A stretch of DNA of 36,519 nucleotides from Octopus bimaculoides. Its lineage: Eukaryota. The notes under the pieces were generated by a model. It had not been told where the DNA came from. It was given only the letters and a program-made list of their open reading frames with translations, and made no database searches. The translations under genes and the position numbers were made by a program. The DNA is taken from the NCBI RefSeq assembly GCF_001194135.2, contig NC_068986.1, forward strand, positions 1,297,702 to 1,334,220, in the 5' to 3' direction. Below are positions 1 to 10,844 of this stretch, in pieces. The number at the start of each line of letters is the position of its first letter. The stretch's first letter is position 1.

Positions 1-909
1 ATATATATATATATATATATATAATGTATATTTAGCAGAATCAACAGAGTGACTCATAGGCCAAAATTTCTGTGCATTAGCAGTTACAAAGTTTGGTAAG
101 TGCTATACTTATGTTTTGAGGTCTATTTTTCCTATTTTCATCACCAAACCTATTCGAGGAATTAGCTTTGTCCTACGTGTGAATTTTCCATTTGTTGTGT
201 TTCTATTTAAATCTTTGGAACATATTTGTATATAGGTGAAATAGCACAAATTGAGCAAGGGCAATGAAAGACTGATTGACAACGTCAGAGGTTACAACAG
301 GTGGGCAAATTTTTTGAAAAGTGATAGAGAAAATGTAATCTCATGCACCCACAAACATACATAAAAAAAAAAAATTACAAGTTGTGCGCAAGGACATTAT
401 CAGCAAGAGAACAAAAACGAAAATGTAGAAAGGAAAAGAAGTGAAGTGACATTTCATGTAAACCTTTTATCAAAATAGAGTGAAGTACAAGATAATAGAA
501 ATAAAAAAAGACACTATATTACACATGTGCATGCACACAAGCACATACCATTTATATGTTTATGTGTGTGCATGTGTCTCTGTGTGTATGCGTGTGTTGT
601 GGGAGAAGCTCAGAGGAAACTTTTTAGTAAGAGTTATGTCCCTTGATTAGGGATCTGCCTGTACCATCACTGTGTATGAGATAAATACCTGTTGAGTGGG
701 GTTGGGATCTGGGGTGTGGGTAGGATGGTTTTGATATGTATGGAGGTCAGAAGTGGGGATGAAGGAGAGAGATTAGTCAATCTTAAAATCATATATAAAC
801 CTGTATGTTTATGTGTATGAGTGTGTTTGTATGTCATAAGTTGAGTACACAAGTATTGTACTGAATCCTCAGACTGATGATGGGAGGTGCTGATGGTGGC
901 AAATCTGAA

Positions 910-2463
910 ACTTATGTTCATGATATATGTCTGCCAGTATCCAAATGCATATCTCTAATCATAAGGGCTTGGAAAATTTGGCTTTTACTCTTTAGGTAAG
1001 TAGCCAGGTGATGAGAATTCTTAAGTATGATTCTTTTCTTGCCAAGCAGAGTCTACTATTATTATTGAAATAACCCTTACACCTTTCCGGTACTCTCCAC
1101 TTGATGCTGTAATCTATGGCACTTACATTCAATGACCATATATGCCTAGCTAGGGCTATGAAAACTCACATCTGGTTTGTAAAAGAAGATTTGTGGATGT
1201 TAAATCGAATTCTGAAGGGACCTTCTGTCATGCCCACATATTTCCACCCATCCATATGTCTGTTGGAATCCTTGATATCACTTGTGCCTAATATACAATG
1301 GTTTCTGTGTTGCATTGGTATCAAGTAGACATGCTGTGTTGCTTCTGGCTTAACATCCTACCTCTGTCTCAAGTATGGGCCTACTTACTAAGATTTTTTT
1401 AATACTAGGTGCACAACCGAAAGAGTTTCTTAAGCTATGTGTTTAAAGAAAGTGTTTACTAATTAAGAAGGATCTTATCTACACAAGTTTTTACCTTCAG
1501 GAAGAATTGGGATTTGAACCACAAAATTTTCTGGTGGCATTTTCTCTTGGTGAGGTTAGGGTCGGTTGTATAGTTAATCTTATCCTTAAATTTGCGAGTT
1601 GCCAGGGCCTCATAATATGGAGCTGTGATATCAAAAATTTCTTCACCCAAAAACAGGCTGAAGATTTTTCTGCTGGACCTCTTAATCAGGTTCCTTAACA
1701 CTATGGCTGGAAAACAGGAAGCTGTATTAACATATTCTAATCTTTCATTTGGTTTCCTAAAGGTTTTTTAAGCACTAGTGTTTAAGTTTAAGGTCACATC
1801 AAGGAAATCAACCCCCTTCAAGCTGGTTTCTATTGTGACCATGAGTTCCAGGATTGAGGGCGTTGGTTAGGTCTTACCTAAGCATATTGAGTGTGGCCTT
1901 TCACCCCTATTAATATTACTAAAGTATCATTTCTGTATAGACCAAAACTAGCTGAGGAGAATTGTTTATTTTGTAAACCCAGAATAAAAATACCAATATG
2001 GTCACATACATCAGCACTGTCAAAAGTCTCCACTGCAACATCAAAGGAGTCTTAGGGTCAGTTTGCCAGACCAAGATCAACCTGTTGTTGAAGAGAAACT
2101 TTTTCTAGCATGCATGATGATGCCTGTGCCCCTGTCTTTTCTCTCATTATAGGCCCTTCTAACATCTAGCACACTATTTAACAAATTCCTCAATATCAAC
2201 AGATAAAAGTCCAGTGTATCAAATTGGGTAAACCTTGTCCTAATTCTGCTGCTATTAGTTTTAAACCATTTGGCAACCTCCTTGGTATTGCACAAAAGCA
2301 CAAAGCCAGTGGGTCTTCTGTTATTCATAAGGAGCTGTTTGATTGTGAAGTTACTCTCTGACTGTGTAAGGTTGATCAGATGTTTCTTGGGGGCTGAGGT
2401 AGAGTTCACTTTGTGGTCTTCAAGGCTGTTTCTTTTTGACCAGAGCCTCCAACCTATCTTCAA
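910..2463 (-). mobile_element. Decayed Penelope-like retroelement (PLE): RT followed by C-terminal GIY-YIG endonuclease, with stops and frameshifts
   Basis: Minus-strand translation gives PLE-type motifs in order: SLEDHKVN..HLINLTQSE..NTKEVAKWFKTN..FTQFDTLDFY..IIMHARKSF (ORF 2077-2463); FDVAVETFDSADVCDHIGIFIL (cf. [22 protein letters not shown]); GLYRND (decayed YRDD, ~1921-1945); VDFLDVTLNL..FRKPNE; EEIFDITAPYYEAL..KILWF; KYVGMTEGPFRIRFNIHKSSF..ALARHIWSL..IKW (GIY-YIG, ~1100-1245). Confidence 0.88.
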
Positions 2464-2811
2464 TGCCTAGTTTAACAAACTATGCATGTTTGTGTGACAG
2501 TGTTGTTTAGTAGCTGTGTGTGTGTGTTTTGCATTCCCTTGATGTAAAATATCCTGGTTCAATACTGATTAATCTTATATGTAGGTCTAGCAACATATAA
2601 TACTTGACAGTCATACAATGAAAGAGTGTAGCATTCGATGCAAGTCTAATGATATATAAAACAACAAATATATTGTAACATTCCACATGGAAGTTTTGCA
2701 TGGAATAGTGTTAAAAACAGAGTGTAGTGAAGCAATTGTAACTGGTCATTAAAAATGTGCTAAACTTTTCTATGTCTTCTTATTTGGATTTTATTTGTGT
2801 GTGTGTGTGTG

Positions 2812-2843
<32 letters not shown>

Positions 2844-3313
2844 CAAACAGACAGACGGACGGATGGACAGACAGGCAGACATATACCATCATATTACTTT
2901 TAATTATTGGATAACTCTAGTATATGCGGAACTTCGATAAATATTGAATATCCTCAGTACATTCTTGAGAACCTGATTTTCACAAAACAAGAAAAAGGAT
3001 GCAACTAATTGGGAAATAACTATTGCAAGCTACTAAAGGGGGACTATGAAAATATGTACAGCATTCCATGAGTTTAGCACGTACTGTGTACATAATCTGT
3101 GTGTAGACATTAGTCAGAACATACAGATCCACACTTTCCAATGTCCTGGTTTATATACCTATATACACAAATAACCTTGTTGGTGTTATCTAAATTCAAT
3201 GAAAAGGTTTGGTGGATGGGTTAGAAATCAGCTCCACATTGATGAGAAATACAACAAATAAAACTAGGATGTGTATGATTGAATTGACTGTCCTTTCAGA
3301 TGTAGCCACATAC

Positions 3314-3466
3314 TGCTGGTCACAATGCACTCCACTGCATTGTTGTAGCTTTCAAATGGTGCCACTTCAATGGCTAGGTGGTCAGGCCAGCATTTCCCCT
3401 GGACAGAACACCTGTCCGTCGTATGAAATGAAGTATTTTTGCTCAAGAAAACAACACACTGCTTAT
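3314..3466 (-). CDS. Possible internal coding exon of an unidentified host gene (153 nt, phase 1-1)
   Basis: Acceptor tttagtttcctag, donor gtatgt, open frame (D)KQCVVFLSKNTSFHTTDRCSVQGKCWPDHLAIEVAPFESYNNAVECIVTS, length divisible by 3, no repeat recognised. No protein family recognised. Confidence 0.3.
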
Positions 3467-3615
3467 CTAGGAAACTAAACCACAATCTTACAATCATGAA
3501 TGTAACATGCCCTAACCATTAGGCCATATGCCTTCACACACGCACATATGTATAGATAAGTGTGTGTGTGTGTGTACATATATATACACACTCACATACA
3601 CATACATAAATATAT

Positions 3616-3649
<34 letters not shown>

Positions 3650-3699
3650 TATATCTATCTATCTATCTATCTATCTATATGTATATATATATATATATG

Positions 3700-3744
<45 letters not shown>

Positions 3745-5244
3745 ATAGATAGAGAGAGAGAGAAAGTGAGAGAGAGAGAGATGGAGTTCTCTGTGTTTGT
3801 GTAGCTATATGGGTGTGTGTGTATCTGTATGCATGTGTGTGTGTCTGTATGCATGAGTGTGTGTGTGTGTGTGCGTTAGATTAAAAAAGGATTGTTCTTT
3901 TTATAGCAGTTTTGTAGAATTCTTATTACTAAAATCATTCTAAATTTAGTTTGCTTGAAACTGGCTGGTAAGTTTGCTTTAAAGTGACAATATTGAATCA
4001 TGTAGAAAATGAGTTTTCTATTAAGAAAAAAAAAAACAAACCTGTCACCCCCTGTTTTTGCAATGAGATCTGCTGAGCTGTTTATTGCTTGACTGATACT
4101 GACAGAAAGTTGTACGTTATATGTGTGTGTGGAATAGTAGAGAGCATGTATATAGTCACACAGCAATGAGGCATATCAGGCTGAATGTATAGATGTGTTG
4201 ATAGCAATTATGTAATGTAAATTAACGATGTATTCGTAAATATATATATATGTATATATATATGTATACATATATATATATGAAGATGAACAAAGATACT
4301 AGTCATCTAGCAAATATTATTTTTGTTTGATAGATAGTTTGCCAACATAAATACTTCTCATGGTTGAGCAAAATCTTATATTTGTCTAATTAGAGGAGAT
4401 ACTGTGAGACAAATCTTTAAAAAAAATATTATTTCAGTTTTCATTTACATTTAATATGAATGCATTATCAGTAGGATAATGTTCTTACCTACATTAATAA
4501 TTACAGGTGAGTTTTTAACAACAATGTATTTTTATTTCTTTGTTTCTTATTAATTAATTTGTTTGGAAGATAACTTCCTTTTCTTTCAGTTATATTCTCC
4601 TGTACTAATCTCTTCATCTGTTGTAGTCTAAATATTTTTCTTTTAATTAATTAAAACTTTCATAAGGTAGATTTCTTTTCTGTTTTTGTAAATATATGTA
4701 TTTGTTACTAAGTAAATCAGCACATTTTCATCACAAGAAAAGTATTGCTTTACTAATGTTTACAAATATTAAACATTTAAAATACATGGAAAATATCCCA
4801 TGAGAATAATATTCAAACTTTATAATTAAAAGTTTTAATTAAAATGTTATTAAATGATTGTTCTAATATAATTGGATTTCCTCTGTAAATTTTAACTACC
4901 AAGAAAAAGGTTTTAAATGCTTATTTATTTGATTAATATATTATCTACTAACACAGATGCATATATATGTGTGTATATGTGTGTATACATGCACATATTT
5001 ATATACATACATACATACAGACATATAGTAGAATAAGAAATAGAAAATGACTTTTTATGATAATTTTTCTACTTTAATAATTGAATGTTTATAAAGTTAT
5101 TAGGTGTACTAAATAACTTATAAACATCTAATTATTAAAGTGGAAAATTATCAGAAAAGCCATTTCTATTCATTTTCTCACTCACTCACACACACACACA
5201 CGTGTGTATGTATATAATATATGCTCATGTATATATATATATAT

Positions 5245-5953
5245 NNNNNNNNNNNNNNNNNNNNNNNNNNNNNNNNNNNNNNNNNNNNNNNNNNNNNNNN
5301 NNNNNNNNNNNNNNNNNNNNNNNNNNNNNNNNNNNNNNNNNNNNNNNNNNNNNNNNNNNNNNNNNNNNNNNNNNNNNNNNNNNNNNNNNNNNNNNNNNNN
5401 NNNNNNNNNNNNNNNNNNNNNNNNNNNNNNNNNNNNNNNNNNNNNNNNNNNNNNNNNNNNNNNNNNNNNNNNNNNNNNNNNNNNNNNNNNNNNNNNNNNN
5501 NNNNNNNNNNNNNNNNNNNNNNNNNNNNNNNNNNNNNNNNNNNNNNNNNNNNNNNNNNNNNNNNNNNNNNNNNNNNNNNNNNNNNNNNNNNNNNNNNNNN
5601 NNNNNNNNNNNNNNNNNNNNNNNNNNNNNNNNNNNNNNNNNNNNNNNNNNNNNNNNNNNNNNNNNNNNNNNNNNNNNNNNNNNNNNNNNNNNNNNNNNNN
5701 NNNNNNNNNNNNNNNNNNNNNNNNNNNNNNNNNNNNNNNNNNNNNNNNNNNNNNNNNNNNNNNNNNNNNNNNNNNNNNNNNNNNNNNNNNNNNNNNNNNN
5801 NNNNNNNNNNNNNNNNNNNNNNNNNNNNNNNNNNNNNNNNNNNNNNNNNNNNNNNNNNNNNNNNNNNNNNNNNNNNNNNNNNNNNNNNNNNNNNNNNNNN
5901 NNNNNNNNNNNNNNNNNNNNNNNNNNNNNNNNNNNNNNNNNNNNNNNNNNNNN
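5245..5953. other. Assembly gap. Other gaps: 9392-9401, 9986-10503, 12902-13000, 14177-14976, 20413-20422, 21510-21577
   Basis: N runs, nearly all next to microsatellites or young repeats. Confidence 0.99.
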
Positions 5954-7619
5954 TATTAATTATCTTATAGGCAGACTTATTTCTGTTCTTTCTATTTAGC
6001 TTCTTCTAAGAAGAGTTGAAATTTGGGATATCTGTGTGTATCAGTTTTCTTAGCAAAAATCAAATGATTTTTTTTTTCTTTCTTCATCAGAAAATAATCT
6101 AGTTCTATTTGATTTTAATTATCTTGTTCTCTACATGAATATTCTCAAATCTTAAATTAACCCAACAAAAATGTTCTTAAAAGTTAAAATTTCCAAGAAA
6201 TAATCTTGTGTATTTTCTTCTGCTCAGTGCAAGAAATAGTGGATGAGCTTATTAAGGAAGAAGTAGGTTATGAAGATGGTGGTACTGGTGGTGGTTTGCA
6301 ATGAAATAAGGATAATTTGGAGGTGTCAATGCTAATATTATCTCAAAAAGAAAGTCTCAGATGAATAATTTTTTCCAGTATTTGTTCTATCTCTTTTTAA
6401 ATAATTTACAGAATGCACACTAATAAACTGGTTCAATAGTCTTCAGCTAATTGATTCTTCTTTACCTAATGGGAAATTTTATGACCTGTCAAATTTTAGT
6501 CTCTCTCTGTTTGATTGTTATATTTAAATTATACCATCACTTGCTATATCAGATATTGATGGGTAGTCAGGTCTCAGCTATTTTCCTTCCTTGGAACTAA
6601 TATTATTTTGGAGAATCTAACACTGTCTTCCAGTGAACAGTACTGAAAAATGATCCACCTATAAGAAAATAGATATATTTTATTGATTCTTACCTTTTGC
6701 ACTGTATGAGTTTAAGGAAGTGAGTGGATGTGCTATAACGAAATGATGAAGCCTGGTAGATACTGCGTAATCTGTTCTGATAATGTCAGATTGGTACTTG
6801 AATGTAGTTTGTTTGTTTTTCTTATATATAAGTTGATCCTGTTATGTTTTTATGTCTTTACATAAGATTTATTTTCAATTTCTTTCTATACATCTTTGGA
6901 TTGTTTGTTTCATATTATGAGTATCTTGTAAAATATTAACTCTGTTCAAAAAAATGAAGAAATTATAAATTCTAGTGTGACATTGATTTTTCTTTCTCTT
7001 TGTGAATTTGTTTCATAATATGATCTCTTATAAAATAACAAATATTAGTAACTCTAGTTTGCTAAAATATATTCTTGCATTTACTTGCATTAGTTATATA
7101 ATCTTGATCATTTGGCATAAGTGTTGCAGTTATAAACTATTATTTGTTGTAAAAAAAATTCTACATCTATTAATATTAAAGCTTTAGCTAAATCCTAATC
7201 ACCATGTTTTGCATGGGAATATAAGGATGTTTAAGAAATCATATTCTCATATGAATTTTTTTATTTATTTATTTTTTCTGATATTAACCACTTGCTGTTG
7301 ATGTGGAATTGGTGTATTTGTCAACAAGTTAAAAGAGTAGGGTAATTTACCTGCTTAGAGGCACAAAGGAACTTATTTTCAGACCAAAGAGTTGGCATGA
7401 ATTTTTGAAAAAGTGTGTGTTCTACTAAAAGCATCCTAGCAATGCTTGGAGAGGAGGTTAACTGGGTGACACACTAAGTGTACCACCGAAGAACAGGAAT
7501 GGTCATCTCATGGGGTTTCTATAGCTTTTATCTAAATTTCCATCACCAGGCTTTGATCTTATGTTCCACAAGAATGTAGTGACCAGTTCTAAGTGTCCCT
7601 TGGTGTCATGAATACCAGA

Positions 7620-8790
7620 TAAAGGTCATCAACATAAAAAGTGTGAGTGACATTAATTTTTTCATTCATTTGCAGAGTCTGCCATGTCAGCCTTTGTATC
7701 TCCTTAACAAGGCTAAGAAGGATGTCAAAATGAATAGCAACACTTATAAGCTATCACCTTGAAATATTCCCATTGATAGCCTAATTCTGTTGATGACTAC
7801 AACGGTTGCTTCAATTCTTACCAATTACTGTGTGGACCATGAGGTCCATTACTTAATGGCTTGGACTGTCATAGATGGAACATTAACAAGGCATAATGAG
7901 TGAGGAACAGAGCCAAATGCTTCAGTCAGTAGGTTTTGGTGATGCTATTTGACTTCCATAGAGACAGCTTTGATGATGAGGAGCTGTTCAGTACAACTTC
8001 AGACTCCTTTCCTTCCTCCTATGTGCACATCAGTTACTACATTGTATGTTCCACAGTGATATTTGAGACATGCATTCTTGCAGGTCCACCTACAATTATA
8101 CATCACGTTCAAGTACTCTATGTATGGGGTTGTAGTTTCTGGACATATGCACCTCCTGGTTTTTAGTTTTGATGTATATGCAACTACTGACCAGTCTGAT
8201 AAATCAATCTCAGGATCTGTTGTACTTTTGAATAGGTTAATAAAGGCTGCTTTTGAAGATTAAGAATTTTTCTGTACAACTATCAGATCTCTTTCAGGTG
8301 AATTTCCATTTGATAGTTTTGCAACAACCATTAGGAGAGTTTCACTGTTGATATTCCTCAGTTTTGGGAGAGATATTTTCATAGTGCTCACCTCATAGTT
8401 CATCTAATAACATTCTGTCATAGTTGTGATACAACTGAAATATCTTTTGGCAGGAGTAAACACTTATTGTTTAAATTTTTAATTCTGATATTCTGCAGAT
8501 TTACATAATTTCTCAGATGTACAAACCAATGTACAAATTGATGAAATTATTTCAGTAGGATTGAAACAATCATACTGCTCTGTAATGCCATCATCTTCAT
8601 TCTTTTGTCCGCAATCGATGCCTCAAATGTTTGATCAGAAAATTTACTCAGATTTACAGTTGCTATAGAGTACCTCTTGAGTCAAATTAATACGGATTCT
8701 AATTTTCCTACTTTTACTCTCTGTCAGCTAGGTTTTGTACATGGAATCTTAACTGAGGTATTCGCCCAGATTTCCTTAACTGCTACCTTC
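7620..8790 (-). mobile_element. Decayed R4/Dong-like non-LTR retrotransposon RT fragment
   Basis: Minus-strand motifs: KLSNGNSPERD; DLSDW; RNYNPI/YLNVMY (cf. NYRPITCLNTMYK); GGRKGV*SCTEQLLIIKAV; AFGSVPHS; IRLSMGIFQGDSL*VLLFIL; NVTHTFYVDDL. GIFQGDSLS and GGKKGVWGC.EQLL are typical of the R4/Dong clade. Confidence 0.85.
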
Positions 8791-9332
8791 CTTCAATACA
8801 TACATACACATATACATATGTGCATACAAACATGGGGAATTATGTTTACATTACTTGTTCTTATGTATGTTTTATCATTGTGGTTGCTTGGAACTCTTCA
8901 TTGGATATTCCAAGTGCAAATGGATGCTTAATCTCAACAGATCATTGAGGTACACATTATTGGATTACGTTACAAAGAACATACATACATACATATGTCC
9001 GTACATACATACATACATACACACCTATACTGAACTACTGAGAAATTTGCAGTTACTCTATCCAGATTACAAGTTCAGGTTTATACCTGTAATTATTTGA
9101 ATATATTTATGTATGTGTATCAATATATAGGTATATAAGGTGTATATATATATTTATATATTTATATATATATATATATATATATATTTGTGTATATATA
9201 TATATATATATATAGATAGATATATATATAGATATATATGTATATCAATATATAGATATATAAGGTGTATATGTATATATATGAATATATGTATGTTTAT
9301 GTATGTATACCAATATATCGATATATAAAGTG

Positions 9333-9369
<37 letters not shown>

Positions 9370-9701
9370 TTAGTTGTGTATATATATGTATNNNNNNNNN
9401 NGCATATATATATTGTCATGTGCACACCTATGCGTATTATATATATCAGATCGTTAACAAATTTCTCCTTCACTTAACTACATGTTATATGCTATTCATT
9501 AACTTTTTTTATTTATTTTTGCTAGGGATTATTGTTATTTGTAGTATATTATTCTACTATGGAAAGAGTTTATTGAGTATATCACAGGGCATTACTTCCA
9601 GCAACTGATAAGTCTATTCCAATGCCTCTATAATTCCTATCTATTCATTTTATTATGTCTGCTTTATTATCCCACACAAGTCAACAAATGTATATATGAA
9701 C

Positions 9702-9739
<38 letters not shown>

Positions 9740-9744
<5 letters not shown>

Positions 9745-9985
9745 GCATCAGTTGTGGTGTGCAAGAGAGACGATTGCGCTGGTATGGACATGTGGTGAGA
9801 ATGGATGAGGATAGCTGCGTGAAAAAGTGCCACACCCTAACAGTTGAGGGAACCCGTGGAAGAGGTAGGCCCAGGAAGACCTGGGCTGAGGTGGTGAGGC
9901 AAGACCTTCGTACATTGGGCCTCACCGAGGCGATGACTACTGACCGAGACCTTTGGAAATGTGCTGTGTGTGAGAAGACCCGGCA
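9740..9985 (+). mobile_element. 5'-truncated RTE LINE, C-terminus of the ORF (young copy)
   Basis: Uninterrupted RSISCGVQERRLRWYGHVVRMDEDSCVKKCHTLTVEGTRGRGRPRKTWAEVVRQDLRTLGLTEAMTTDRDLWK, the standard RTE C-terminal RLRWYGHV..GRPRKTW signature. Starts directly after a (TA)n tract. Confidence 0.92.
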
Positions 9986-10503
9986 NNNNNNNNNNNNNNN
10001 NNNNNNNNNNNNNNNNNNNNNNNNNNNNNNNNNNNNNNNNNNNNNNNNNNNNNNNNNNNNNNNNNNNNNNNNNNNNNNNNNNNNNNNNNNNNNNNNNNNN
10101 NNNNNNNNNNNNNNNNNNNNNNNNNNNNNNNNNNNNNNNNNNNNNNNNNNNNNNNNNNNNNNNNNNNNNNNNNNNNNNNNNNNNNNNNNNNNNNNNNNNN
10201 NNNNNNNNNNNNNNNNNNNNNNNNNNNNNNNNNNNNNNNNNNNNNNNNNNNNNNNNNNNNNNNNNNNNNNNNNNNNNNNNNNNNNNNNNNNNNNNNNNNN
10301 NNNNNNNNNNNNNNNNNNNNNNNNNNNNNNNNNNNNNNNNNNNNNNNNNNNNNNNNNNNNNNNNNNNNNNNNNNNNNNNNNNNNNNNNNNNNNNNNNNNN
10401 NNNNNNNNNNNNNNNNNNNNNNNNNNNNNNNNNNNNNNNNNNNNNNNNNNNNNNNNNNNNNNNNNNNNNNNNNNNNNNNNNNNNNNNNNNNNNNNNNNNN
10501 NNN

Positions 10504-10673
10504 ACTCTCTGAGTGGTTGGCGTTAGGAAGGGCATCCAGCTGTAGAAACTCTGCCAAATTAGATGGGAGCCTGGTGTTGCCATCCGGTTTCACCAGTCCT
10601 CAGTCAAATCATCCAACCCATGCTAGCATGGAAAGCGGACGTTAAACGATGATGATGATGATGATGATGATGA
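10504..10673 (+). mobile_element. RTE-type 3'UTR/tail ending in (GAT)n, probably the same insertion as 9740-9985 across the gap
   Basis: gagtggttggcgttaggaagggcatccagc...caacccatgctagcatggaaagcggacgttaaacgatgatgat; the same tail recurs elsewhere in the window. Confidence 0.85.
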
Positions 10674-10682
10674 TATATATAT

Positions 10683-10723
<41 letters not shown>

Positions 10724-10844
10724 TATACACATACATATATTGTTCATATATTGTTCTTTCTTGGTGTTTTTTTTTTGTTTTTTTTTTAAAAAAAGAGCAT
10801 ATTTGTTTATCACGACTGCCATTGGATTTAACCCACAATTTGAG

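Noticed and set aside
39-95. 57-nt plus-strand exon candidate (INRVTHRPKFLCISSYKV, donor GTAAGT)
   Set aside because: Weak acceptor with no pyrimidine tract and no recognisable homology; such matches are expected by chance.
835-916. Plus-strand type III hammerhead (CUGAUGA...GAAA with a 7-bp stem III)
   Set aside because: Stems I and II do not close on the core and it is antisense to the PLE, so it is not called as a functional ribozyme.
3528-3752. Many 60-130 aa ORFs rich in HT/YI/CV (also 9140-9608, 20265-21821, 29168-29418, 32969-33793, 35780-36131)
   Set aside because: They are translations of (CA)n, (TA)n and (TG)n microsatellites.
5202-5999. Long ORFs of 183-412 aa here and at 9696-10593 and 13781-15122
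   Set aside because: They are made almost entirely of N-gap codons. Only the RTE part at 9740-9985 is real coding sequence.
6225-6303. Short acidic/Gly frame VQEIVDELIKEEVGYEDGGTGGGLQ*
   Set aside because: Too short and low-complexity, with no supporting neighbouring exon.
6693-6846. Minus-strand 50-codon frame ending at a GTAAGA donor
   Set aside because: The upstream AG has no polypyrimidine tract and the peptide is unrecognised.
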